Shown here piece by piece: positions 37,843-49,994 of a stretch of DNA of 60,931 nt. The DNA is from Octopus bimaculoides (lineage: Eukaryota). The number at the start of each line of letters is the position of its first letter. Positions within the stretch are counted from its first letter, which is position 1. The position numbers and the translations under genes are program-made. The notes below the pieces were generated by a model that saw nothing but the letters and a program-made list of their open reading frames with translations, did no database searches and had not been told where the DNA came from. The stretch covers positions 166,239,441 through 166,300,371 of the forward strand of contig NC_068983.1 in assembly GCF_001194135.2 (NCBI RefSeq). The letters run 5' to 3'.

Positions 37843-39289
37843 TACACACGCACACACACACACAAACATGCACACACACACATGCACGCACACACATGCA
37901 TACACACATGCACGCACACATACCTTTCCCAATTCCAGACCTCATTGGTTTACATTGTAATTTAGTACACGTGAAGAGTGATTAAGTCCTTAATACTGTT
38001 TGGTTTGCTTTACTTTCAGCAGCAGCATTGTATCATATGATTTTGACACATGCATAATAAAATAGGTAGCACTGCATTCAACTTGTCTATATTCTTTACT
38101 AGAATCAATCTTGCCATTCTTAATGTATTTATTAATCTTTTCCATACATTACATGAAATCTCTTGCTAACAAGTATTTAAGAAGCAGCTTTTTAAAAACC
38201 CAAAGCTTTATTACATTAAGTTAAAAGTCTTTAAATATATTTTCAGATGACATCACATCAACACCACCACCACACATTGCTGGAATTACCAATTTGCAAG
38301 TTATAACTTCAAATTCATTGCAGGCATCTGTTGCATTTTGAGCAGCACACTTTTTTGCACATTACTTCAGATCCCTTTATCAGGAAAAGCACTGGATCCT
38401 CTAGGAATGTCATCCATATCAGACTAGCAGCTTATTAGAAGAAGATTTATTTATCATCTCCATGAAAATACAGCTAAGTACTGACTTTCAAGTGGCCCTC
38501 AAACCTAAAGAGGAATTTTTTTCTTTTTTTTTTTTTCATAATTAGCAACGCTGAGTTAAATGTCATAGACACGGTGTGCTACCATAGCAATATAATGTAG
38601 ACTACTTGAAACATTGTGTAACACAGATCAGAGATTGTGCAAAGCAATACAAACATTGTTAATCTATCAGATCTAGAGCCTGGATGGTATTCCAAGAGTT
38701 CCTGGTTTCTTTCAATAGATCTTCTATTTTCTTTCTTGTACAGCAGTGTGATGTTGACCTGCTGTTGGACACTTATAGTCTTTAACCTATTTTATACCCA
38801 TCTACCTGACTACCGTTTGTTCTGTGATATAAATTTCTTGTTTTAAAATGATCTAAATTAAAACCTTCTATGTAAATTTCAAGTAAATTTATGTTCCAAA
38901 TACCAGCATAATAACAACAGAGTTATTTTACTAAATTCATTATTTTCAATGGAACAAAACCCATTCCCCTTCTGTAAATATTTAATAAAGGATTCAATTC
39001 AAAATTCCAAGAACATTATTAAGTATAACAAACACCTGAAGTTGGCTGAATGGAACAACAGCTGAAATGCTGTGCTTAAACAATAAGATGAGCATTAGTT
39101 CAAATGTATCAGTGTAGAATGAAATAATATCCCTTTTTTCACCTATTTATTGAAAACATACAACCTCCCCCTCTATAGTAAGATGCCTGTTTCTGTCTCT
39201 CTGTCTCACTTATAACCTTTCATCATCTGACTGAAGATCACCTCCTTCAATGCCCACTCCCCTCTCAAAAATTCTTTGTCTTGCAAGTT

Positions 39290-39590
39290 ACTTGGTAATG
39301 CTGCTGGTGCCATGTAGAAAACATCCAGTCTACATTATGAAGCGGTTGGCATTTGGAAGGGTATCCAGCTGCAAAAACCATGCCAAAACCGACCTTGTTT
39401 GTGCTGGTGCCATGTAAAAAGCACTCAGTCCATTCTGCAGGGAGGGTTGGTGTTGGGAAGGGCATCCAGCCATAAAAACCATGTCAAAACAGACACAGAA
39501 GCCTGGTGTAGTGTTCTACCTGGCCAGCTCCTGTCAAACCATCCGACCAATGCCAGTACAGAAAGTGTACATTAAACAATGATGATGATA
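39290..39590 (+). mobile_element. RTE 3' UTR and (GAT)n tail
   Basis: GAAGGGCATCCAGCCATAAAAACC..GCCAGTACAGAAAGTGTACATTAAACAATGATGATG, with an internal duplication of the GGCATCCAGC block. Confidence 0.75.
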
Positions 39591-40479
39591 CAAATTCAGT
39601 ATTACCATTATTTTATGCTGTTATAGATTAGTCAGGTCTGCATTTTCAACATACTTTCTGTCTCAATTCTAGAAGGTTTCATCTATGAAATATTATCACC
39701 TCAGATGTCCTCAAACTACTTCAAGTATTGTGGATCTGTATACATTTACTGTAACCAAAACTTATTGAGCTTTTTAACCAGCATATATCACCCATTTCTG
39801 TTCCCATTTAATACAAATGTGTTTGTCATTTCTCTCTCAAATGGTGTCATTACTTATTTCATTAATATCTACCTATTTTACTCTATTGTGCATCCAATAG
39901 TAGTCAACTCCAATCACTACCATTTCCTCAGTATACATTTTCCTATTATTTCACAGCTATAACCAACTAATACTGTCACAAAGAACACTTCTGACATATC
40001 CCAAACTATAATTGGCTTCTGTAGACAAGAAGAAATTTTTTGTTACTCACAGAATTTCCACTAACTCAATCCACCATGTCTTTCTTGCCCAACTTCCACT
40101 ACTAAATACATCACTGAAGTATCAAAATATCTTCTATCATCAAACCAAAGACATAGTCACTATGTAGTTTGTTTGACCTGCAAGAAAAACAGCTAAATCT
40201 CTCTACAATCTAACTTTACCAAACACACACACACACACACACACGCACACACATTGGATAATGAAGAATATATGAACCACAAGTCAGATGATCATTGATA
40301 GAACATCTTGATCATAGATCTGCTGGATCAGGCTAACCTGGAGCTAAACAACATCTATTCTATTGTTAAGTTCCTAATATTTAATACCTGATCTCTTAAA
40401 GAATATGAATGATTTTCATTTTTTTCCCCTGTTTTTTTCTCATTTCTTTGGGTAAATCTGTTAAAATAAGTTACATTAC

Positions 40480-40565
40480 CAAATGAAGCTTCACTATCAA
40501 CAGCAATAATTTCTGTACTCACCTGTGAAGAGAAACAAAACAAATATAATGAGAGGTATTAAACA
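40480..40565 (-). promoter_or_regulatory. Candidate 3' splice site directly followed by a 5' splice site (recursive-type)
   Basis: Minus strand TGTTTAATACCTCTCATTATATTTGTTTTGTTTCTCTTCACAG|GTGAGT: a branch-like TTAAT, an AG-free pyrimidine tract, CAG at 40525-40523 and GTGAGT at 40522-40517. Confidence 0.35.
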
Positions 40566-40989
40566 ATTATAAATGCAAAAATATTTCTCATTTCAATCAT
40601 AAAATAGTGTGCAAAAAACAAAAAAAAACATCTTAGATTCATCATTTTGGTAAATGTTTAAACAGTAAATGCAGTGTTCACCAGCTTAAACCATGATGGT
40701 AATTGTGGAGTGGCACAGTACAACATTAATTTCATGAAGACATTCTTCTAACTTCATTAGTGTTACACCAATAGACATGTAAAATATAGATTTTTCTCTT
40801 GTAAATTTTTAATCAATGCACAAATTTAAAGTAGTCAAGAAGAAAGCAAAATTAGATTATTTTATATTTAATGGTGAAAGATTATATAAATGTTTACTGA
40901 TTTGATGGGAATTTTTCTAAGTTTTATCCACAAAAAGTTTTTTGAGTCTTCTAAGATGCTACTGAAAAACGAAGTACATTTCTAATTAA

Positions 40990-41213
40990 CCCCTTTGGAT
41001 ACCGACCCACCTGAAACTACTTCTAGGTTTATGATACAAAATTTCAGTCCTAAAATTACTTAAATTAAAACTTTCCATCAAAATTTCATGTTAATTTATA
41101 TGTTCCAAACACCAGCTTAATAATACCAAAGTCATTTCACTGAATTTTTGGTTCTTTTCAAAATTAGATGAAACAAAGACAGTGTATTTCAACAAAAATA
41201 TGGTAACAAAGGA
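40990..41213. mobile_element. TTAA-flanked MITE, family B (opposite orientation to 32385)
   Basis: TTAA|CCCCTTTGGATACC ... GGTAACAAAGGA|TTAA. Confidence 0.8.
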
Positions 41214-42214
41214 TTAAGAAATTTACAATCGATGGGTCTTCAGAAAGTTGCTCCCTCAGATGAATAGTCATAAGTTCATAATCTGCTATTATCACAGAAC
41301 CTCTTTCACTCCACTTAGCAGAGAAGCACAGAAAACTAAAACTTCACCAAATCACCCAAACCCACAGATCCTAATCTTACCCACAATTGCTACAGAAAAG
41401 AGAGAAAACCTCTCTAGATAAGACATTGAAACCAACAAAATCATTAATCTATTGTTGGGTACTACCACTGTCTACATCAGGGAATTATATCAGTCTTCTG
41501 TACCTGTTTGGAGCTTGGTCTAATATTACATGACCATTATGTGTTGTTTTAGTTACAGGCACAACTGTTAAACACTTCACAAGCAGTTCAGTTTCACTAT
41601 CCATATTTATTCATGAAACACTTAGCAATCGTAAGTGGTGAACAAAGACTGAAATCTCAAGACACAAAAGTGAATGAAGATGTTGAGATAGCTATTTAAG
41701 AAAACTGTTAAGAAATTTTTTCATGACTGGGTTAAGTCTCTGAAATCAAAGAAGTAGTTTATTAGAACCATAACTCCATTACAACTCTCTCCAAGTTTAG
41801 ATAGACTGTTATACACTATATTAAAATTTTTAGCAGGTAAGACAGACGTGCAAAAGTGTCTAAAAAAAAAAAGAGAACTGAAGAAATATCGTTTGGGAGA
41901 TGTGCAAAGCAAACATGAATATTAAAGCTGTATTTATATGAATGCAAAAACCATCTGTGAACTTTAAAAGTTTCCAAGATTCTTTTTTTAAATTTATTTT
42001 TTACTTCCATTTTCTTGTTTTAAAAGGAAAATAAACAAAACTCCAGCTAAATGATATTAGCATATGGTGAGGATTTGATGAAGTAATGCTTCAAGTCTAA
42101 TTGTTTGGAAGGTAAAAGAGTAGAAGTTGTGAATGAGAAGATCTGGATCACAAGTTGAGGTCCATGATGATGATGATGATGAATAGCCATGACTGACCAA
42201 TCTAGTCTTAGTAT

Positions 42215-42625
42215 ATATAACTGGTATTACTTATTATCGATTCTAGTTCCAAGACGAAAGGTTAAAGTTGACTGCTACTTTATTTTATCAACCCCAAAAG
42301 GATGAAAGGCAAATCCGAACACATTTGGATTAAGCCAAAAGAGATGGTGCGAACAATTCTGCCAGCTCATTACCTTGCTACTGCTGCTACTACTACTAAT
42401 AATAATGATGGTTTCAAATTTTGGCACAAGGCCAGCAATTTTGGGGGAGGGGGAAAGTCAATTACATCAACCCCAGTGCTCAACTGGTACTTATTTTATC
42501 AATCCTGAAAAGATGAAAGGCAAAGTCAATCTCTGCAGAATCTGAACTCAGAATGTAAAAATGGAAGAAATACCACCATGCATCTTATCTGGCATGCTAA
42601 CGATTCAGCCAGTTCACGGCCTTAC
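42215..42625 (-). mobile_element. Two adjacent SINE family 3 copies
   Basis: The block ACTGGTACTTATTTTATCAATCCTGAAAAGATGAAAGGCAAAGTC..ATCTGAACTCAGAA (B box on the minus strand) is present twice. Confidence 0.75.
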
Positions 42626-43152
42626 TAATACTAATATTAATAATAATAATAATAATAATAATGATGATGATGATGATGATGATGCTAAAAGCAGGATAAT
42701 GAGAGGAAAAAAGGGGGAAAACATGGCTTATGCCCATATTGTGAAAACAGATAAGAAATCATTGATGTTAAAGTGCTTTGTTGACTGATAAAAGAAGTTA
42801 TCTAATCTATCTGTATAACCTAGAATAAAATAATCAGATGTTAGAACACACACACATAAAAATAAACAAACAGAAATATTGGTAATTTCATTTCTAAATG
42901 TAATCATTTAAAAAAGAAACAAAATCTCTGAAAATTTTATCTGTTTTGTCTTTCTTGTAGGCTGTTCAATTTAGCAGAAGTTACAGAAATAATGATTTTA
43001 AATACTATTCTCAGATTAAAAGAAAAAAAAAATGAAAAAATAAATTTTAAAAAACCTTCAATATTTGTATTTTCAGTGTAAATATATATCACTAATTAAG
43101 AATGATTTTTAAGTTGATATAAAATAAATATTAGATGAATACTGGACCGAGA

Positions 43153-43196
<44 letters not shown>

Positions 43197-43339
43197 GGAA
43201 ATTATTGTAAAAATATANNNNNNNNNNNNNNNNNNNNNNNGCCCAATTAGTCTTGCATTTTCTCAAAGGGTGTTGGGATAAAAAAAAACTTGCATAGTAG
43301 TGAGTAAAGTCATGTAATAAGCATGCATACATCAAGAGA

Positions 43340-43428
43340 TAGAGGTGGGAGAGGGAGGAGAGAAAGAGGGAGGGAGAGGGAGGAGAGAAAGAGGGAGGGA
43401 GAGGAGAGGGAAGGAGAGTGGGAGGGAA
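43340..43428. repeat. Polypurine GA-rich tract with an internal duplication of about 24 nt
   Basis: GAGGGAGGAGAGAAAGAGGGAGGGA occurs twice. Confidence 0.85.
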
Positions 43429-44129
43429 ATTATCTAGATCTAGAAACAAAAACAGTTTTATTGTTACATTTGTTTTTTTGGGGGGGAGTTGTTTTATTTT
43501 TTTTTACTTTTACCCAGAGCATTTTTCAAAGGAAAGAAATACAAATAAATCTTTAGATGAGATAGATTAGATAAGAAAAATATGCTTCTCTGGGCATTTT
43601 CAAGCTAACTCTGATGCTGAATAAAAAAGAAAATCAATAGAAGTATACTACAGGATCTTCTACTGCTATGAGTAGAGTATACACAAGAGGAAAATATAAT
43701 CATCTGAGTGGATATATTATGCAGTTTATGTATATTAGGAGTGGAACTGTACCTATCAAAAGCAAGTGAGGATTGTTAATGGCCAACAGAGTTAAGGGAA
43801 TACATGAATATATATAATGACATAATTTTTTTCAGTATAAAATTTTTTTACAAAATATTTCATAGTCTTAAAAATCTATTCAAATTATAAACCTGTATTT
43901 AAAATGTATACTTCTCGGCTGGCATATCATCATTATTACTTTTTTCTTTTTGTCTCTATATAATGCTGTCTGTAAAACTCTCTGAAGTCTAACCTCATCA
44001 CCTTTTAGTCTTTGTCATAAGGATTCTCCTCAACCAATATGTTGTACCTTTTTTTGTCACCTAGAAAGTATCATCTATGACATTATATATATCCACCAAA
44101 CCAACACATACTCTTTCCTCTGGCTGCAT

Positions 44130-44385
44130 GTATCAATGTTTAATGCCCAGTTGATTAATCAGTCCACTTAGTATTAATTTTCCATGCAAATTAATGTTAC
44201 CCATCCAACAGAGCATATTCAACTCCTTCTTTGGTGTCAGAGAATCTGCAATGCTCCACATCCATGGCTTGTTAACATACAGCATCACACTTCTAACATC
44301 ACATTTCATAAACTCTGCTCTTTGCAAGTTTCTTTCCAAACACATTTGAACTCTTTTATTATAACAAACCAAGAAGACGATTTCA
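44130..44385 (-). mobile_element. Old RTE ORF remnant
   Basis: CDVRSVMLYVNKPW..ELNMLCWMGNINLH..QLGIK aligns to CVRTAMLHGSETW..EASMLCWMCNVSVH..KLDIR of the RTE at 21345. Confidence 0.65.
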
Positions 44386-44449
44386 AATGCCACTAGGAAA
44401 TGTTTTAACCTCCTAGCATTTGAACTGACCATATCCAGTTGCATAAAAA

Positions 44450-44645
44450 AGCACCTGTGCTGGTTCCACATAAAACAGCACCCAGTACACTATGCAAAGT
44501 GGTTGGCATTAGGAAGGGCATCCAGTTGTAGAAACCATACCAAAACAGATAATCAGAGCCTGGTGCAGCTCTCCAGCCTTGCCAGCCCCTATCAAACCAT
44601 CCAACCCATGCCAGCATGGGAAACAGATGTTAAATGATGATTTTT
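44450..44645 (+). mobile_element. RTE 3' tail
   Basis: GGCATTAGGAAGGGCATCCAG..CCAACCCATGCCAGCATGG..GTTAAATGATGAT. Confidence 0.8.
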
Positions 44646-44751
44646 CCATGTTGACATGAATGAGACAGGTTTTTTAAGACCATGATTCACAGCTGGATGC
44701 TCTTCCAGTTACCAGGCTGTTTAGGCACCTCTCCAGCCCTTTTAAAGGGTA

Positions 44752-45080
44752 AAAAATAAAGACCCCCCCCCCTTCAGTTATGAATGACCATGGGATTGTA
44801 CCTAGAAAGTTCCCCTCCAAGGCACAAGTCCAGGGAAGGTTGTTTATGGGAGACCAGCAGTCGCCCATGCATACCAGCCTCCCCTCTCCATTCCACCGAT
44901 GTTATCCGAGGGAAAGGCAAAGGCCAATAGGGTCTGGCACCAGTGACATCACAACTCAACTGGAACCACGTGAAATAAAGTGTCTTGCTCAAGAACACAA
45001 CACACAGCCTGATCCAGGAATCAAACTTACTACCTCATGGTTGTGAGCCCAATGCTCTAACCACTGAGCCATGCCACCTC
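44752..45080 (-). mobile_element. tRNA-derived SINE, family 2
   Basis: Reverse complement of the 13005/28246 element. Confidence 0.88.
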
Positions 45081-45234
45081 TTAAAACATGCAGGAACATG
45101 GAGCCTACATTGAGAGATTATTACATCCCCAATAAATCCTATCTTTTTGTTATGATATTTCTACATCATTTTATCCAACCATGACAACTTGATTGCAGTT
45201 GAGTTTTCAAAATAACTCCTTGTCAGACTGTCTT

Positions 45235-45400
45235 CACCTTTTAACATCCATGTTCCATGCTGGCATGGGTTGGACATTTTGACAGGATCCAACAAGTTCA
45301 AGGACAACATCATGCTTCAAATGTCTGCTTAAGGCTGAATACTCTTCCTAATGCCAACCACCTCACAGCATGTACTCGGTGCTTTTCTTGTGGTACCAGT
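45235..45400 (-). mobile_element. RTE 3' tail
   Basis: TTTAACATCCATGTTCCATGCTGGCATGGGTTGG..CTTCCTAATGCCAACC. Confidence 0.75.
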
Positions 45401-46569
45401 ACAAGTGAGGTTACCATGCAGCTCAAAAGACAACAATTTCCAAGTGAGTGAGTGAGGCTACAATAGGGAGGGAAGCATTAGGGAAGAGAACAGGTTCCAT
45501 GCTGTAGAGGGGCTACATGGCTACTCAGATTATAGAAGAGAGGCTAGAGATGACTAGGAAGTAGAAGCAGATAAGAACAGTGGTGATGAGGTGTCAGTGT
45601 GGCACCTCAAGGCACAACAAAGTGAATAGAAATGAATGGAGACAGAAGAACAGCAAGTGTGGGTGGGGAGAATTTGCAATTTACAAAACTTTTGTAGTTA
45701 CAGACCTCATTTCAATTTTTCCTACCCACAACTAACCAAAGTTTACTTCACATATTTTATTCGATAGGCATTCTGAAAACTTATCAAACTAAATGTAACA
45801 TTCATGTGGAATATTTTTAGAGCAAATTTAATTGAAAATCTTTCTTCTGTAGCTTCAAGTTTTTCTAAAATATTATCTATGCTTCAATTTTTAGTGAAGC
45901 ATAAACAAATACTTATATGCTATTAGAAACCAAGGACTTCTCCATTAATGTTTTTCCAAAGCCTACTTTTTTACACACGTTTTAATCATTTCTCCCTTTG
46001 GCACAAGGCCAGAGATTACAACGGAAGGGTATATATGATTGAAATAACTCCACTACATACTTATACTCCTTTTATTGACTCTGCAGGGAAGTAAGACAAT
46101 CTCGTGGAAATTGAGAAATAGTATAAAAAAAAAGAGACATTACAAAATATTTTAATGCATTTCACCAAGCATTCTAACATTTCTCCCCCCCCCCCTACTG
46201 CTCCTCCATATGGCTTTATCAACTTTGAATGAGATTATTCAATTGTTTAATCTAAAATTGCATTCAGAGTGTCTTTAATTTTACATGAAAAAATTATCCC
46301 CCTATCCAATAGAAAAATCACACATTTTCCCAACAGAAATAACCTAAAATGAAATAACCAAACTGTTTCTGCTATGCTATTTCGTGTGGGTCTTAAGCAT
46401 TTATTTTTCAATGGTAGTACACAGTAATAGGCTGCAAGGGCCCACTCTAATATTCATATCGATCTCCATATTTCTCGTTATATGAAACATTGATATTTAC
46501 ATATCTATAACAATTATTTGAATAAAAAAGCCAATATGAGAGAGTGAAGGTGGCAGTTGCAAGTTTTCA

Positions 46570-46670
46570 TCACCATCATCATCGTTTAACGTCCGCTTTC
46601 CATGCTAGCATGGGTTGGACGATTTGACTGAGGACTGGTGAAACCGGATGGCAACACCAGGCTCCAATCT
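46570..46670 (-). mobile_element. Very short, apparently young RTE 3' end
   Basis: Identical over about 85 bp to 48910-48994. Confidence 0.8.
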
Positions 46671-47989
46671 AAATTTATATAAAATAGTTTAGTGACTATG
46701 TGAAAATTATTCAGGGTTACTGAATACAGGGAAAGTAAAAATAGAAGTGAGAACATCAGAAAACTAACTGACATAGGTCTATGTGGCACCTGAGGTTGTT
46801 ATGTGGGAACTCAAAATCTCAGCTTTTATAATACTCCAATGGATTTCTAAAAAATTTGACAGGACTATTTGGTGGGAAAATTTCAGTTCACTTGGTTACA
46901 AACCAGTTGATCTCGTTAGCTGAGCCATGTTCACAACACAATGAGCTTTTCTAAACAGGCCTTGCCTTTTATGGTGGCATGGCAGGCTGTGGACCTACCA
47001 TGCTACCTGAATGCAATGTTCAAAACTCAGAATGAGACACACTATGTGACCATGTCTGATTCCAGATGAATAACTTTTGCAAGTAGTCATCATTTATTAT
47101 TAATCACCCATCGTTTTTAGCATTAGTAAAAATAGCAGAAATTAACAGGAGACATTTTTTTTTTTGAAAGAGGGGTTTGGTTCATATTCGAGGTGTGTGT
47201 GTGTATGTGTGTGCGTGCGTGCTTTATACGCACTGCCTTCGTTCAATTGTGCTCTGAAATGAACAATACATGTGAGGAATTGTTGCATTTAGATCTGCAG
47301 CTACAGGTAGATAATAACCCAATACCAAGAATGGCATTAAGTAGCATAATGCCAGCAAACATAACTACATTTTGGCAGGTGAAGTTGAAACTGTCCAATT
47401 ATATAAGCTTTTAGCTCTGTAATATTATATCTACAATATGTAGAAGAGTTGACACTAATGTGAAATAAAATCATTTTTTGGAGCTCACCAAATAACAAAG
47501 TATTTTGCTGAAATCTGCTTAATGTGAACAGAATGAGAAATTTTATCTTGTTTATGTGAGAAGACATATTTACTCTGCTTGAACCATGTCAAAGTTGATA
47601 GTAATAAGTAATTAACAAAGGAGAAGATACCTGTAAAAACAAATCTAGATATATTTATTTTTAATATCAAATGAATAACCACTCTAATTTAGAAGCTATA
47701 TAAAAAAAGGAATCAAGTATTTGCTAAATATTCAATATAGAATGATTTCTTACAGACTATGAAATCTATCTTTGCAATTTTATCAATGCCAAAAGAGAAA
47801 GAGTCCTTTGATCTGCTAGAAATAGCAGTCATATCTTCTTCAAATCACACAATATCACCATTGAAAAAATTAGGAAGGATAGGTGGGACAATGTTACCCT
47901 TAAATAAACAAAAAAGACATGATGGTCATGGCTGGAACACCTTTGATCATATGTCCTTCTCATTCAGGGTTGAGAAGGGGTTAAATAGC

Positions 47990-48437
47990 AACAACAAACT
48001 TCAAATGAAGCAAAAATAAGTACCCTCTGGACGTTGGGCAATATGCTGTGCTTGAGAAGCTGCATCGAGCCTAGTGGAATCGTAGAAGTGGTCTATGCTA
48101 GTGTCGTGCTGGTAGTACATAAAAAGCTCCACTCAAACACTGGGTCTCACACAGGTAGTACGAAGGGAACAAAACCTCTGGTGATCTGCTGTACTTGAGA
48201 AGACCTCTCAAGCCAAGTGAGATCATGGCTGATGCTGGTGTTACATAACTGGCCCCTGTGCTGGTAGCATGTAAAAGCACCCATTACACTCTCGGAGTGG
48301 TTGGCATGAGGAAGGGCATCCAGCCATAGAAACCTTGCCAAATCAGACTGGAGCCTGGTGCAGCTCCCCAGCTTTCAATAACTGTCCAACCCATGACAGC
48401 ATGGAAAACGGACATTAAATGATGCTGATGATGATGG
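47990..48437 (+). mobile_element. RTE extreme C-terminus, 3' UTR and (GAT)n tail
   Basis: CAATATGCTGTGCTTGAGAAG (x2) .. CTCGGAGTGGTTGGC..GGCATCCAGCCATAGAAACC..GGACATTAAATGATGCTGATG. Confidence 0.8.
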
Positions 48438-48514
48438 ATAGATCATATATTCTATTATGTTATTATTCTTATTTTCTGCAAGATTCCTGATGTGAAATCG
48501 TGCATTGAAACTGA

Positions 48515-48900
48515 TTCTTTTATTCTTTTATTTGTTCCAGTCATTTGACTGCGTCCATGCTGGAGCACTGCCTTTAGTCAAACAAATTGACCCCAGGACT
48601 TATTCTCTATAAGCCTAGTACTTATTCTATCAGTCTCTTTTGCCGAACCACCAAGTTACGGGTACGTAAACACACCAGCATTGGTTGTCAAGCGATGTTG
48701 GGGGAACAAACACACACACACACACACACACATATAACGGTCTTCTTTCAGTTTCCGCCTACCAAAACCACTCACAAGGTTTTGGTCAGCCCAAGGCTAT
48801 AGTAGAAGACACTTGCCCAAAGTGCCACACAGTGGTACCGAACCCGGAACCATGTGGTTGGTAAGCAAGCTACTTACCACACAGCTACTCCTGCGCCTAT
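48515..48900 (-). mobile_element. SINE family 1 with tail A, full length
   Basis: The minus-strand head ATAGGCGCAGGAGTAGCTGTGTGGTAAG..CCGGGTTCGGTACC, core, (CA)n and tail A are all present. Confidence 0.9.
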
Positions 48901-49443
48901 CATCATCATCATCATCATCGTTTAACGTCCGCTTTCCATGCTAGCATGGGTTGGACGATTTGACTGAGGACTGGTGAAACCGGATGGCAACACCNNNNNN
49001 NNNNNNNNNNNNNNNNNNNNNNNNNNNNNNNNNNNNNNNNNNNNNNNNNNNNNNNNNNNNNNNNNNNNNNNNNNNNNNNNNNNNNNNNNNNNNNNNNNNN
49101 AGTCCAGGGGCACTGGCAACGATCTCGCTCGAAAATCCTACGGGAGCCAGTCAGGCGGTACTGGCAACGGCCACGCTCAAAATGGTGCATCTCATGTGCC
49201 ACCCGCACAAGAACCAGTCCAGGGGCACTGGCAACGATCTTACTTGGCTTGCCGGGTCTTCTCACGCACAGCACATTTCCAAAGGTCTCGGTCAGTAGTC
49301 ATCGCCTCGGTGAGGCCCAATGTACCAAGGTCTTGCCTCACCACCTCAGCCCAGGTCTTCCTGGGCCTACCTCTTCCACGGGTTCCCTCAACTGTTAGGG
49401 TGTGACACTTTTTCACGCAGCTATCCTCATCCATTCTCACCAC
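48901..49443 (-). mobile_element. 5'-truncated, little-diverged RTE LINE with a gap in the 3' UTR
   Basis: Open frame MDEDSCVKKCHTLTVEGTRGRGRPRKTWAEVVRQDLGTLGLTEAMTTDRDLWKCAVREKTRQAK* (49240-49443), CpG-retaining UTR and (GAT)n tail. Confidence 0.93.
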
Positions 49444-49776
49444 AATATAATATGTTGTTTTATAATTTACATAAACATATAAAGATAAAGCTGTTTACAT
49501 TAACCTATTCCTCTATAATCAAGCAGAAAAACTGAGCTAGGGTATGACAACATTGGACTGTAGCACATACCTTTCTATGTTGTTCAGTTCATAAGTTACA
49601 GATGCCAAATCTATCATTCATAGCCTGCTAAAAGCTGCTGTTCTTATATTGCAAACAGCAAATAAGTAATTTGTTGGTGTCTGCAAAGCTTTATCAAGCC
49701 GGATTCTATGACCTATTATCCTTATCCATTTGTCTATGTGTACTAAATTTTAACTTATTCATAAATTCCAATTTAA

Positions 49777-49994
49777 CAAATGTTACCATATTTTTTTTTT
49801 TTTTAATTCACCGTCTTTTGTTTCAGTTAATTTTGAAAATAATGAAGAATTTAATAAAATAATTTTTTCATCATTAAACTCATCTTTGGAAATTTAATAT
49901 GAAATTTTGCTGGAAGGTTTTAATTTAGATTGCTTTCAAACAGAAACTTTATATCTTTCCAGAGATGGTATCAGGAGGGTTGGTGCCAACAAGG
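49777..49994. mobile_element. TTAA-flanked MITE, family B (degenerate)
   Basis: GTTACCATATTT..GAAATTTTGCTGGAAGGTTTTAATTTAGAT..GGTGCCAACAAGG|TTAA. Confidence 0.65.

Noticed and set aside
40170-40200. Strong minus-strand acceptor CTGTTTTTCTTGCAG
   Set aside because: It appears to lie in a dispersed-repeat-like segment (similar to 19520-19560), and no coherent exon follows.
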